From a bacterium (GTDB lineage Bacteria; Zhuqueibacterota; Zhuqueibacteria; Oceanimicrobiales; Oceanimicrobiaceae): a DNA stretch of 54,177 nt. Position 1 is the stretch's first letter. Every line of letters starts with the position of its first letter. A program made the position numbers and the translations under genes. The notes under the pieces were generated by a model that saw only the letters and a list, made by a program, of their open reading frames with translations, made no database searches and was not told the DNA's origin. Of the stretch, positions 38,763-48,096 are shown one piece after another. The stretch spans positions 1-54,177 of the forward strand of contig JBHHYI010000006.1 of assembly GCA_046757525.1 (NCBI GenBank), read 5' to 3'.

Positions 38763-40043
38763 CTAAACGAAGGGTTCAAACACGGCGGTGAAGTCATTTG
38801 GTAATGGAACTACCGGGCAGTTGAGCCTGGCGCTCAAATCATCTAAACGCCAATCGTCCAAAAAGACCTTTTCGTCGTTCAAACAATTCGCCGGGATAAA
38901 CACCCGGTCGCCTAAATCGCGCGAAGCGAGGTGATTGAAAATATCCTGCCCGGTTAACAAACCGGTGACGCCAATGCTTTCGCCATAGAATCTGTTGCTA
39001 ACGACTTCCAGTTGTGCCCGAAAATTCTCCACACCATTTAAAGCGGGTACAATGGTGTCTCGCATGAATCCGCTGGCCAGGGTAGCGGTTACCAATGTGG
39101 TTTGTGCTGCCTGCGCTACCTTTTGCGGAAATCGAGCCTTCTGCGCCACAAAATCATCCAAAAGATAGCGCACCATGCCCACCCCGTTCTCCTTCTGATA
39201 AAAGCCGTCATATCTTTCGGCGCCTGGCAAAGGCTGGCTGGCCATGAGGTAAAACTCGTCTGAAACATAGACAAAGTATTCGTCCATTCTCTTGCGGAAA
39301 GCCGACGCGTATTCATCCGCGATCTCGATCAATCTCTTTGCGTAGTCTTTGGTGATGGGTTTGAGCTCTTTTAACCCTCTGCGATGTCTGGTCAAACCCA
39401 CCGGCACGATAGAGACCGACTTCAGGTGTGGCAGATAGTTGGCCAAATCCCAGATGGTTTTCTTGAGCACCGCACCGTCATTAATGCCCGGGCAAAGGAC
39501 GATTTGCGTGTGCAATTCGATGCCGTTTTGGGTTAAAAACTCTAACTTATCGAACAGACGATCGTCGTGTTTTATGCCGAAGAGAAACTTGCGCACTTCG
39601 GGCTCGGTGGCATGAACCGAGACGAACAGCGGCGAAAGCCTTTGCCACACGACCCGATCCATGTCCCGTTTTGAAAGGTTGGTAAGAGTCACATAGTGGC
39701 CGGACAAAAAGGAGAGCCTGAAATCTTCATCGCGGAAATAGAGCGCCGAACGCATGCCCTGCGGATTCTGGTCCACAAAGCAAAACGGGCAATCGTTGCC
39801 GCAATAGCGAATTTTGAGGCTCTCAAACTCTAAACCGAGAAGGTCGTCGTAATCTTTCTCGATTTCAAACACGGCCGCTTCGCCGTTTCGATGCACCTCT
39901 AATTCGATCTCTTCCTCTGCGACCAGAAAGCGATAGTCGATGATGTCCCGCACGGGGCTGCCGTTGATGCTCACGACCTCATCCCCTACGTGCAGGCCTA
40001 ATTGGGCAGCCGTGCTGTTTGTTGCAATTTCTGTTATTCTCAT
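38763..40043 (-). CDS. PDZ plus radical-SAM-like DUF512 protein
   Basis: N-terminal PDZ-like region; CGNDCPFCFVDQ, RLSFL.G.YVTLTN, ENGVG, TGLLTG.D. Confidence 0.88.
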   Translation of the reverse strand: MRITEIATNSTAAQLGLHVGDEVVSINGSPVRDIIDYRFLVAEEEIELEVHRNGEAAVFEIEKDYDDLLGLEFESLKIRYCGNDCPFCFVDQNPQGMRSALYFRDEDFRLSFLSGHYVTLTNLSKRDMDRVVWQRLSPLFVSVHATEPEVRKFLFGIKHDDRLFDKLEFLTQNGIELHTQIVLCPGINDGAVLKKTIWDLANYLPHLKSVSIVPVGLTRHRRGLKELKPITKDYAKRLIEIADEYASAFRKRMDEYFVYVSDEFYLMASQPLPGAERYDGFYQKENGVGMVRYLLDDFVAQKARFPQKVAQAAQTTLVTATLASGFMRDTIVPALNGVENFRAQLEVVSNRFYGESIGVTGLLTGQDIFNHLASRDLGDRVFIPANCLNDEKVFLDDWRLDDLSARLNCPVVPLPNDFTAVFEPFV

Positions 40044-40049
40044 CTTGAC

Positions 40050-40985
40050 TTACTTCAACCGCACAAAATCCCCTCTTTGGAAGCCAGAACCTTTTATTAC
40101 CGTGCATTGCGAAGCCTTACCCTCACCAAGGTCAGGATTGGTCACTCGAATGGCGCCGATTTTTTCATCGACCGAACCCAGCGCCAAACCCGTGTCCGGA
40201 TCCACCAGGTCCTCACCTTTGCGGTAAATGTAAAAGGTGTCCCCGGCGGTAACGCCGGCAACCGCGCCGGCATTGATGTAAACCGAACCATTCTTTACGG
40301 TGATGACCTTGGCCTGCCAGGGAATTTTCGGCGCACTTTGATCGATCAGCCCTACCACCCCTTTGACCGCGTCGCGGGCCGCTTTGCCAACCAGGGATTC
40401 GTCAAAAGCTTTTCTACTCTTGAAATGGAGTTTGCGCGTGTCCACTTTTATGCCCTTGGCGGACTTCTCTTTGCGAATATTGTCAGCGGCAACGATTTCA
40501 CCGGTGGTGGTGTTCACCATCCGGCAGTCAATAGCCACCGTAGCCGACTGCCTTCGCAGGCCCAGACCAAACCCTTTCACGCGTCCGCCCACGTCACTTT
40601 TCTTGTACCCGAATTCGGTTACGGCGCCCATGACCGCCAGCTCGACGCCCAGAACTTTGCCCACCTGAGCGGCACTTTGCGGCGTCACGATGCCTGTGGC
40701 TCCTAAATTCTGTTCTTCTAAAATCCTGTCCAATTCCTGGCGCTCGATCACCTGAAAATGGCCCGTTTTGACCAGCTCGGTGGTGATCATTTCGCTGATG
40801 CCATCGCCAACGCTCTTGTTGTTCCACCAACGAAAGCTTCTGTCGGTTTTGTCTTCGAACACGTAAACCGCCACGCGCTTCTTGAGACTTTTTTTCGCAG
40901 TGCCTTTAGCATGAACAGCCACAACAGACCAGGCCAGTACAAACAAAACAAGGCCCAGAGCTCCCTTGACAAAACTGTGTTTCAT
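40050..40985 (-). CDS. CsgG/HfaB family protein with FlgT-like C-terminal domain
   Basis: F.VIER..LD.ILEEQ, G...GVE..V.GAVTEF, D.R.V.TTTGEI; C-terminal VYINAG...G...GD...LVDPDTG..LG. Confidence 0.82.
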   Translation of the reverse strand: MKHSFVKGALGLVLFVLAWSVVAVHAKGTAKKSLKKRVAVYVFEDKTDRSFRWWNNKSVGDGISEMITTELVKTGHFQVIERQELDRILEEQNLGATGIVTPQSAAQVGKVLGVELAVMGAVTEFGYKKSDVGGRVKGFGLGLRRQSATVAIDCRMVNTTTGEIVAADNIRKEKSAKGIKVDTRKLHFKSRKAFDESLVGKAARDAVKGVVGLIDQSAPKIPWQAKVITVKNGSVYINAGAVAGVTAGDTFYIYRKGEDLVDPDTGLALGSVDEKIGAIRVTNPDLGEGKASQCTVIKGSGFQRGDFVRLK

Positions 40986-40998
40986 TTGGTGCCTCCTC

Positions 40999-41907
40999 TT
41001 AAGATCCGATTACAATGATGACTTTACATTTCTTGAGAAAATTGTCCGTATGGGCAGCCGAATGGATCAGGGCCGCATCGCTATTTGAAATGACAACATC
41101 GGTCTTGAGCGCTCCAGCCACGGTCCTGCCTCTCACGATCATGGGTTCCCGTCCGGTGCGGGGATCGTTGATTGCACTTTTCAAGTGTCTTTTGTAAAGA
41201 ACTGCCCCTGACTCAATGGCGCTTTCGCGTGCAAAATAATCGGTACCGTAGATTTCATGTCCCTCTTCATCCAGTATTTTCGGAACAATGGCCGCCTTTA
41301 AGCCCAATCCCCGCGCGTCTACGATCAGCCCGGTGTAAGGCGTGCCCTCCGGCGAAGTGATGCCTTCGGCCAGATTGATGAGCTTCACGTTGGGCGGCAC
41401 GGGCTTCCCTTCAGGCCAGGGCTGTCCACAGGTGGGACACAGCGACTCGTCACTCAGACGCAATTGGCCTTTGCCGCAATTCTGTGGCAGCAAAAGGTCG
41501 ATGAGGTCACCCGTGATGGGCAACTCAATTTCAACTTCCAAAGACATATCGGACATGGAGCGCGTGTCGATGACTGTGTAAGTCTCGACGATGCTCTTCA
41601 ATCTGGCGCGAGCTTGCACATTCCTGAGGACAACATCCTTGACCCTGGCAGAATGGTCGAAGCGCAGGGACTCCACCGCCCGCAGCAGGTGTTCGGCCGC
41701 GGTTTCCTTGGCGGTCTCCAGGGACTCGACTCTTTCGACCCTGGAAGGAGCCGTGGATTGGATCACTCCGATGCCGGAGGCACGAACCACCATTCGCTGC
41801 CAGTCCACCGTGCCAAACTCATCTATCGTTTGAACCAGGACCTGCGCAAAAGCCAGCTCAAAAACCGCAAGCGTCAGCGCAAAAGCCAGACTAACCCGTT
41901 TCGTCAT
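40999..41907 (-). CDS. LPP20-like exported protein
   Basis: Signal peptide; G.VDW....VRASGIG, YTGLIVDARGLGL...PKILDE.G.EIYG; start at MTKRV (the ORF-track start overlaps the tRNA). Confidence 0.7.
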   Translation of the reverse strand: MTKRVSLAFALTLAVFELAFAQVLVQTIDEFGTVDWQRMVVRASGIGVIQSTAPSRVERVESLETAKETAAEHLLRAVESLRFDHSARVKDVVLRNVQARARLKSIVETYTVIDTRSMSDMSLEVEIELPITGDLIDLLLPQNCGKGQLRLSDESLCPTCGQPWPEGKPVPPNVKLINLAEGITSPEGTPYTGLIVDARGLGLKAAIVPKILDEEGHEIYGTDYFARESAIESGAVLYKRHLKSAINDPRTGREPMIVRGRTVAGALKTDVVISNSDAALIHSAAHTDNFLKKCKVIIVIGS

Positions 41908-41931
41908 CTCTATGGTTCCCACAAAAAAAAG

Positions 41932-42004
41932 AGCGAATGACGGGATTCGAACCCGCGACACCTGGCTTGGGAAGCCAGTGCTCTACCAACTGAGCTACAT
42001 TCGC
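41932..42004 (-). tRNA. tRNA-Gly(CCC), CCA not encoded
   Basis: GCGAATGTAGCTCAGTTGGTAGAGCACTGGCTTCCCAAGCCAGGTGTCGCGGGTTCGAATCCCGTCATTCGCT folds as a cloverleaf with anticodon CCC. Confidence 0.96.
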
Positions 42005-42063
42005 TTTTCTTAGTAAAAGACAATCCTTAATCAAGACAATTTTAAAAAAACTAAGTCTAAAAG

Positions 42064-43005
42064 TCAAGTAGTTTTTAGGCGCTTGCCGTCAGCAGCAGCG
42101 CCAATCTCCTGTGCCAGGGCTATGAGATTTTGCTCGTCAGTCACCTCCAGCCAACGAATGTCCCTTTCATTTCTGAACCAGGTCATCTGTCGCTTGGCGT
42201 AGTTCCGTGTTTTTTGTTTGAATTGGGCGACCATTTCGGCGCAATCTATTTGCTTGTCGAGAAACTGATTGGCTTCTTTGTAACCCACCGTCTTCAGTGC
42301 GTTCAGGTGTGGCTCATAGCCGCGAGCACGTAAATCCTCCACCTCTTGCAGAAAGCCCGCGGCCAGCATCCGGTCCACGCGGGCTTCAATTCTGGCGTAC
42401 AGTCTGGAGCGCTCCATGGTAAGTCCCCAAAACAAAGGCCGAAAATTCGCCGGGGTCGTTTTAAGCTTTCTGAAAAAAGAAAACGGCCTGCCGGTTATCT
42501 CGTAGACCTCCAAGGCTCTGAGAATCCTTTGGGTGTCTGTGGGATTCAGGCGCTCAGCGGTGGCGGAATCCACTCGTCTTAGTTTCTGGTACAGGGTTTC
42601 CAGCCCGTGGTTCCGGGCTTGCCTGGCCAGCTCCTTTTTTACCTCAGCGTCGGCGATTTGAGGCTCGAACAAACCGCGGACCAGGGCGCGAATGTACAGG
42701 CCCGACCCGCCTACCACGATGGGTTGCCTCCCACGGCCCACAACATCGTCGATGCATTTGCGCGCTTCCCGTCCGAATCGCCCGGCGCTGTAATACTCAT
42801 CCGGACAAACGATGTCGATAAAGTGGTGCGGAACCCGGGCAAGCTGCGCTTTGGACGGTTTGGCGGTTCCGATGTCCATGTACTTGTACACCTGACGCGA
42901 ATCGGCCGACACGATTTCGGCGTTCATCAAGTTGGCCAATTCCAAAGAAAGCTCGGTCTTCCCCACGCCCGTGGGTCCGACGATGAATAAAACCCCTGGC
43001 TTCAC
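42064..43005 (-). CDS. miaA: tRNA dimethylallyltransferase
   Basis: GPTGVGKT, DSRQVY..MDIGTAKP, GGSGLY, YAKRQMTWF. Confidence 0.97.
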   Translation of the reverse strand: MKPGVLFIVGPTGVGKTELSLELANLMNAEIVSADSRQVYKYMDIGTAKPSKAQLARVPHHFIDIVCPDEYYSAGRFGREARKCIDDVVGRGRQPIVVGGSGLYIRALVRGLFEPQIADAEVKKELARQARNHGLETLYQKLRRVDSATAERLNPTDTQRILRALEVYEITGRPFSFFRKLKTTPANFRPLFWGLTMERSRLYARIEARVDRMLAAGFLQEVEDLRARGYEPHLNALKTVGYKEANQFLDKQIDCAEMVAQFKQKTRNYAKRQMTWFRNERDIRWLEVTDEQNLIALAQEIGAAADGKRLKTT

Positions 43006-43009
43006 CGAT

Positions 43010-43954
43010 TTACCTGCTACGAATATTTTTCAAAAACTTCAAATACTCGCTGTCCGTGTTCAGGATCAAAGTGGAGTTTTTGGTCAGGGTGCTTTTGTAC
43101 GTTTCTAATGTCTGCAGAAACGAATAAAACTCCGGATCCTTGCCGTAGGCATTGGCATAGATTTTCGTTGCCTCGGCATCGGCTTTGCCCTTGATTTCCT
43201 GGGCCTTTTTGTAAGCTTCCGACGTGATTCTTTGCAGCTCTTTTTCGCGCTCGCCATCGATTTCAGCCTTTCGGCCCTGCCCTTCTGAACGAAATTTTTC
43301 GGCAATACGCTTGCGTTCTGAAATCATGCGCTCGTAGACCTTCTGCCGCACATCTTCGACATAATTGATGCGCTTGATTCGCACATCCAGGAGCTCAATG
43401 CCGAACTGTGGCATGGCCTCGGCCGCTTTTTGCAACACCTGTTTGGTTATCTTTTCGCGCCCCTCTTCGATATGATGCGTGGCGGTCTCGATGCCAAAGC
43501 TTTGCTGCTCTTCCACGGTCGTTTGGATTTTGCGATTGCTGTTGCGCACCGCCTCGATCAACACATTTTCGGAAACGTAATTTCGGGTGGCGCTGTCGAT
43601 GATGTCGTCCAGGCGACTCTGGGCGATGGTCTCGTTATTCACCGACTGATAGAACTTGAGCGGATCCACGATACGCCAGCGGGCGAAGGTGTCAACCCAA
43701 ATGTATTTTTTGTCGGAAGTAGGAATTTGATTCGCAGCGCCGTCCCATTCGAGTACCCGTTTGTCGAAAGTTTTCACATCTTGAACGAAAGGCAGTTTGA
43801 AATGCAATCCCGCCTCTCTAATAGGCTGTCCGACGGGTTTGCCAAACTGAAGGATGATCACCTGTTCTGTTTCATTCACCGTGTAAGTGGAGCTCGTCAC
43901 GAGGATCAATGCAACGATTGCTACGACGATGACTGCGATTGCTGTACCCTTCAT
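43010..43954 (-). CDS. hflC: FtsH modulator HflC
   Basis: N-terminal TM, SPFH domain, VYERMISER, DPEFYSF. Confidence 0.93.
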   Translation of the reverse strand: MKGTAIAVIVVAIVALILVTSSTYTVNETEQVIILQFGKPVGQPIREAGLHFKLPFVQDVKTFDKRVLEWDGAANQIPTSDKKYIWVDTFARWRIVDPLKFYQSVNNETIAQSRLDDIIDSATRNYVSENVLIEAVRNSNRKIQTTVEEQQSFGIETATHHIEEGREKITKQVLQKAAEAMPQFGIELLDVRIKRINYVEDVRQKVYERMISERKRIAEKFRSEGQGRKAEIDGEREKELQRITSEAYKKAQEIKGKADAEATKIYANAYGKDPEFYSFLQTLETYKSTLTKNSTLILNTDSEYLKFLKNIRSR

Positions 43955-44937
43955 TTTGACACCTCCTTTCTTGCAAGTTGTAGCAGAGGCACCAACCCCT
44001 TTTGTTCTTCGTCCACTATGTACGTGTTGTCAATTTTGGGCAAGATTTCCAGCATGGTTTCCAGGTAAATCCTGCGGCGGGTCACATCTCTGGCCTTGTT
44101 GTATTCTCGCCAGATCGCCACGAATTTGTCGGCATCACCCTTGGCCCGATTGACGCGATTGGTGGCATACCCTTCGGCCTTGCGAATGGTCCGTTCAGCC
44201 TCGCCTTTGGCCTGGGGAATCACGGCGTTGTAGGCTTTCAATGCTTCATTGGTAATCCGCTCCTTTTCCTGTCGAGCTTCGTTGACTTCATTAAAGGCAG
44301 CCTGCACCGGTTTTGGCGGATTGACGTCCTGCAGTTTTATGTTCTGAACAGAGATTCCGGTGTCGAATTCATCCAGCAACTGTTGTGTAAGCTTTTGCGC
44401 TTCTACTTCGATGTCTTGCCGACTCAACACGATCACCTCATCCACACTGTGATCGCCCACCACCAGCCGCATGACCGATTCGGAAACATCACGCAACGTT
44501 TCTCTAACGTTGCGTACGTGAAAGAGATACTTTTTCGGGTTTTTGATCTTGTACTGCACGATCCACTCCACCACAGCCGAATTCAAATCTCCCGTAAGCA
44601 TGAGCGATTCACCGGAGTAATCCCGCGCAGAATACTGGGTTCTCACTCCTGCCTGCGCCGTACGAAAGCCAAACTCTTCTTTAAAATTTCTTTGAATTTT
44701 GGGCTTGGTCACTGTCTCCACGCCAAAGGGAATCTTGAAGTGAAGACCAGGTTCGGTGGTCCGGACATATTTGCCAAAGCGTTGGATCACCCCCACTTCG
44801 TCGGCATCCACAGTGTACAGTCCAGTGAGCAAAAGTATCAGTGCCAATACCCCCACGACGATCAAATAGACCCACCCTCTGCTAACATCCGGCAGATCCA
44901 CAATCTCATCACCAATCCTTATGGTTCTACGTGCCAT
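43951..44937 (-). CDS. hflK: FtsH modulator HflK
   Basis: SLMLTGD, PP.PVQ.AFNEV, VTRRRIYLETM. Confidence 0.93.
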   Translation of the reverse strand: MARRTIRIGDEIVDLPDVSRGWVYLIVVGVLALILLLTGLYTVDADEVGVIQRFGKYVRTTEPGLHFKIPFGVETVTKPKIQRNFKEEFGFRTAQAGVRTQYSARDYSGESLMLTGDLNSAVVEWIVQYKIKNPKKYLFHVRNVRETLRDVSESVMRLVVGDHSVDEVIVLSRQDIEVEAQKLTQQLLDEFDTGISVQNIKLQDVNPPKPVQAAFNEVNEARQEKERITNEALKAYNAVIPQAKGEAERTIRKAEGYATNRVNRAKGDADKFVAIWREYNKARDVTRRRIYLETMLEILPKIDNTYIVDEEQKGLVPLLQLARKEVSK

Positions 44938-44987
44938 TCCTATTCCTCCTTCGACATATTCCTTTCAATTGATTTATGAACCGCAAT

Positions 44988-45016
44988 AAAATAAACAAAA
45001 TTAGCTTAATACGCAA
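44988..45016 (-). promoter_or_regulatory. Putative promoter for hflKC-miaA
   Basis: Minus strand TTGCGT, 17 bp, TATTTT. Confidence 0.45.
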
Positions 45017-45034
45017 GCATTATGTGAGTACAAA

Positions 45035-45070
45035 ATCAAAAGGCGAACAACCGGTGAGATTGTCCGCCTG
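45035..45070 (-). terminator. Intrinsic terminator after the transketolase-like gene
   Basis: Minus strand AGGCGGACAA...TTGTTCGCCT followed by TTTGATTTT. Confidence 0.65.
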
Positions 45071-45103
45071 ATTCAACTCGAGCCCCGACAAAAGGCTAAT
45101 TCC

Positions 45104-47758
45104 CTAAGCTGTGCATTTCTGGCAACGAAAGTCGAGGCTCGAATTAGCATTCAACCAGTAGGCTTGACAATAGGGGCAGATTGCAGGATCACGGTAGGGA
45201 CATTCGAGACAATGCTCGTCCGTGGGCAGGAACTCTTCCCCAAAGTAGTCAAAAGGATCGATCTTTGCCCCGCAAGAGACGCACGTCAGTCGGATTGCCT
45301 TGTGGTTTTTGAGCGCCTCCGGTTTGACAAAATTCTCCCGGGCGAGCGCGAAAGCCAGACCGTGGCGTGGTTTCTTTTCCACGTAGCTGGCATAGTCCAA
45401 AATGGCCCGCAACTGTCCTTCCGCATGAATACCCGCTTCTTGCAAAACCTTGTGGGCCTGCCCGCTGCCTAAATAGTGGTGATGGCGAAACGAATGCAGG
45501 GTTCGTCGAACCCCTTCGTTGGAACGCACCCAGCGGTAGAGGGTGGGCAGAGTGAAATCTGTAATGCCCATGGCTTCGTAAGTCAGCGATTGCGGTAGAA
45601 TGCGCTCTTGCTCTGCTCGGGGCAGTCGATCGAACAGCTCCGCGCTGGCAATGTAAAACACGTTGAGATTCAGTCCTTTCTCGTCTAATTTTGGCAAAAC
45701 CTCGCGCACGAAAATGGTAGCCACCCCATTGCCTTGCAGGACGATGGTGCCGTTTTGCTGCACAGCCGTTGGGTCGGCCCGGCGCATGGCGTAGACCCCT
45801 TTGACCGCCGCGGAAGCCGGCGGCAAGCCTGATTCCACCCGGTCGACCACGGGGTCCGGAGGCCGGGTAACAAACGGACTGAGAATCGCCGGCCGCGCTT
45901 GCAATCCCGCCACGATGAGCGGCCAGATTTCCTGCGCGTCCCACGGCGTCAAGGTGATGAGCACGCCGCTGGGGAAGTTTTCCTGCAATAGTTGCAACAC
46001 CTGAGGATCCGCGTGTGTGGGGCCATCCTCTCCGGTTTTTGCCCCAGCGTGTGCGTTGATCATAATCCAGGTGTTGTAGGGAGCTTTGTTTGCCCAGGAC
46101 CTGGCTTGCTGGCCAATGCCGTGCAGCCGAGCAGCCACATGTTCCAGGGCGCCGATGAAGGCACCGTAGGAAGACGTCACCCCGATGTGGTGGCCAAAGC
46201 TGGACAACCCGGCCATGAACGCGCCCATGGCATCTTCGCAAATGCCTCCGACGGCGATGAGCCGCGACCCGGGATTAGAAACCGCGTTAAACCAACCCTG
46301 GTCGAAGCCCTGGTTCAGGTTCACCACGCTGGTTGAACCGAGCAGATCAGCGGCTGCCCCAATCAGGGCCCCGTCGGACTTCTTGTTTAAAACGTTTAAC
46401 ACTTTGCCCAAAACCCCGCGCAGGGTAACCGAATCTCCAGGCTTGAGAATCAGCTCCAGCGGGGTCCACTCTGCGTCCAGTTTGTTCGCCTCTTCGTACA
46501 GTTTGTTCAGTTGCGGCACGCCCTGCCCTGTTTGGCGCTTCTGGTTTCGCAAGCGATCCCGCGCCCGGGCCACTCTGTCCGAAGCGAATTCTGCCACCTC
46601 TCTCCTACTCTCCAGGGCCTGCCTGACAACCATCAGCGTGTCAAAAAAAGTCTGCTCAATCCTCTCGGGTGTGGCGCTGCCTGTGAACCTCGGCATGGTG
46701 ACGTTGAAGGCTTGCTCAAACTCTTCACACGCCTTGTAATACCCGTCGCTGCAGAATTTGTGACCTGCGCCGTGAGAGCTTCTGCCTTCGATGCCGTATT
46801 TCCAACCTTTGATTGTCTTGTAGACGATTGCGGTGGGCTGCTTGCTCTTCAGAGTCAGGGCAAGTTGCTGGGCCGCCAGCACCTGCGCAAAATCCTTGCC
46901 GTCCGGCACAAAGATGACATTCCAATCGTGGCAATAACACAGCTCCACGGGGTTCCACTGCACATAATCGCCAGGCTCGCTGCCTTCGCGACAGACCTGG
47001 TTGGAATCGATGGAGGCCTGGTTCCAGTCCACGTGAAGAATGGCGTTGTACAGCCTTGCCGACGCCGCGGCAGCGAGGGCTTCGTGGACCCGACCTGGCG
47101 TCATGCCACCCTCACCCTCTAACAGGTGGATCTTCGGGGCCGTGGCGCCGTATGTGTCCAAAGCGCCCAGCGCCAGGCCCAGCGCCGCGGGTACCCCCAC
47201 GCCGCTGGCACCGGTTGCGATGCGAACAAACGGGGTTGCCGGTGTAGGATGTCCATCCAGGGTTTTAGACCGAAACTTCTTAAACAGAGGCGTGTCGTTG
47301 GTTGGATTGCGGCGAAAGCCCAGCAAATCCTCCAGTCGGAGCTGCTGGGCGTCATCGGGTAACAAGGCCGGCTTTCCGATGCGAATTAGCTCGTTGCGCA
47401 GGGCCCACATGGCGTAAAGCCCCATGGCCTTGTGGCCCGCAGCATAAACCAACACATCCGCCTCCTCTGCCTGCGGCTCCGAAAAATCGTAGTCCATGAT
47501 GGAATAAAGCAGACCTTCGACAATCCGGCCAGAGGATATGCTGCCACCGGGATGTCCTGAAGTGGGCACGAAATTGTACAAGACCGCGCAAAGGGTGCGA
47601 TAAACCAGGTCGATGGTTTCGAACCAGTTCTTTTCGGAAGAACCCAACTCAAAACTCACGTCCCGCTGTACTTTGGCAATGTCGTAGTACTCCCCACGTC
47701 TGGGGCCAAATTCCAAGGACTCCGATTTGACTTTGGTAAATAAAGATTGTGGGCTCAT
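45104..47758 (-). CDS. Divergent transketolase-like ThDP enzyme with C-terminal Cys-rich (4x CxxC) domain
   Basis: SGHPGGS, GHK, GHPT, GEGG...N, ICEDAM, GEDGPTH; AGGAGA RBS before ATG 47758. Confidence 0.85.
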   Translation of the reverse strand: MSPQSLFTKVKSESLEFGPRRGEYYDIAKVQRDVSFELGSSEKNWFETIDLVYRTLCAVLYNFVPTSGHPGGSISSGRIVEGLLYSIMDYDFSEPQAEEADVLVYAAGHKAMGLYAMWALRNELIRIGKPALLPDDAQQLRLEDLLGFRRNPTNDTPLFKKFRSKTLDGHPTPATPFVRIATGASGVGVPAALGLALGALDTYGATAPKIHLLEGEGGMTPGRVHEALAAAASARLYNAILHVDWNQASIDSNQVCREGSEPGDYVQWNPVELCYCHDWNVIFVPDGKDFAQVLAAQQLALTLKSKQPTAIVYKTIKGWKYGIEGRSSHGAGHKFCSDGYYKACEEFEQAFNVTMPRFTGSATPERIEQTFFDTLMVVRQALESRREVAEFASDRVARARDRLRNQKRQTGQGVPQLNKLYEEANKLDAEWTPLELILKPGDSVTLRGVLGKVLNVLNKKSDGALIGAAADLLGSTSVVNLNQGFDQGWFNAVSNPGSRLIAVGGICEDAMGAFMAGLSSFGHHIGVTSSYGAFIGALEHVAARLHGIGQQARSWANKAPYNTWIMINAHAGAKTGEDGPTHADPQVLQLLQENFPSGVLITLTPWDAQEIWPLIVAGLQARPAILSPFVTRPPDPVVDRVESGLPPASAAVKGVYAMRRADPTAVQQNGTIVLQGNGVATIFVREVLPKLDEKGLNLNVFYIASAELFDRLPRAEQERILPQSLTYEAMGITDFTLPTLYRWVRSNEGVRRTLHSFRHHHYLGSGQAHKVLQEAGIHAEGQLRAILDYASYVEKKPRHGLAFALARENFVKPEALKNHKAIRLTCVSCGAKIDPFDYFGEEFLPTDEHCLECPYRDPAICPYCQAYWLNANSSLDFRCQKCTA

Positions 47759-48096
47759 GGCAACTTCTCCTTGAATTCGAATCTCTGTTTGGAAGGATGA
47801 TTTACGTTGTTCTGAATGGCTTCTCAATGAAATGAACTAAAATACAGCAAACTCCAGACCAATTTTTGCCAGAAGGAAAAAGGTAGTAAGTGCCTGATTT
47901 CTCGACAAAAGGCCTGGCAGTTCCTGGCGCCGGGATTCTTAATTTTAAGAATAATTAATGCGCGATTCTCAAAATTGAGAAAAACCAGAGGCTCGATCAA
48001 TCCGATGTTGCTGTTGCAAGAAACCATGAACAAACAGGTATTTGATCAGTAAGTAGGGAAACGGGATGTAAGCTAACTGGTTTCATCGCAAGCGCT

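Noticed and set aside
41900..42064. tRNA-Gly as an integration site for a genomic island
   Set aside because: No integrase and no duplicated tRNA 3' end noticed; flanking genes are core
44002..44979. 325-aa plus-strand ORF
   Set aside because: Antisense shadow of hflK
45249..46241. 330-aa alternative-frame ORF inside the transketolase-like gene, as a possible frameshift product
   Set aside because: Arg/Gly/Ala-rich composition typical of an off-frame GC-rich read; the main frame is intact
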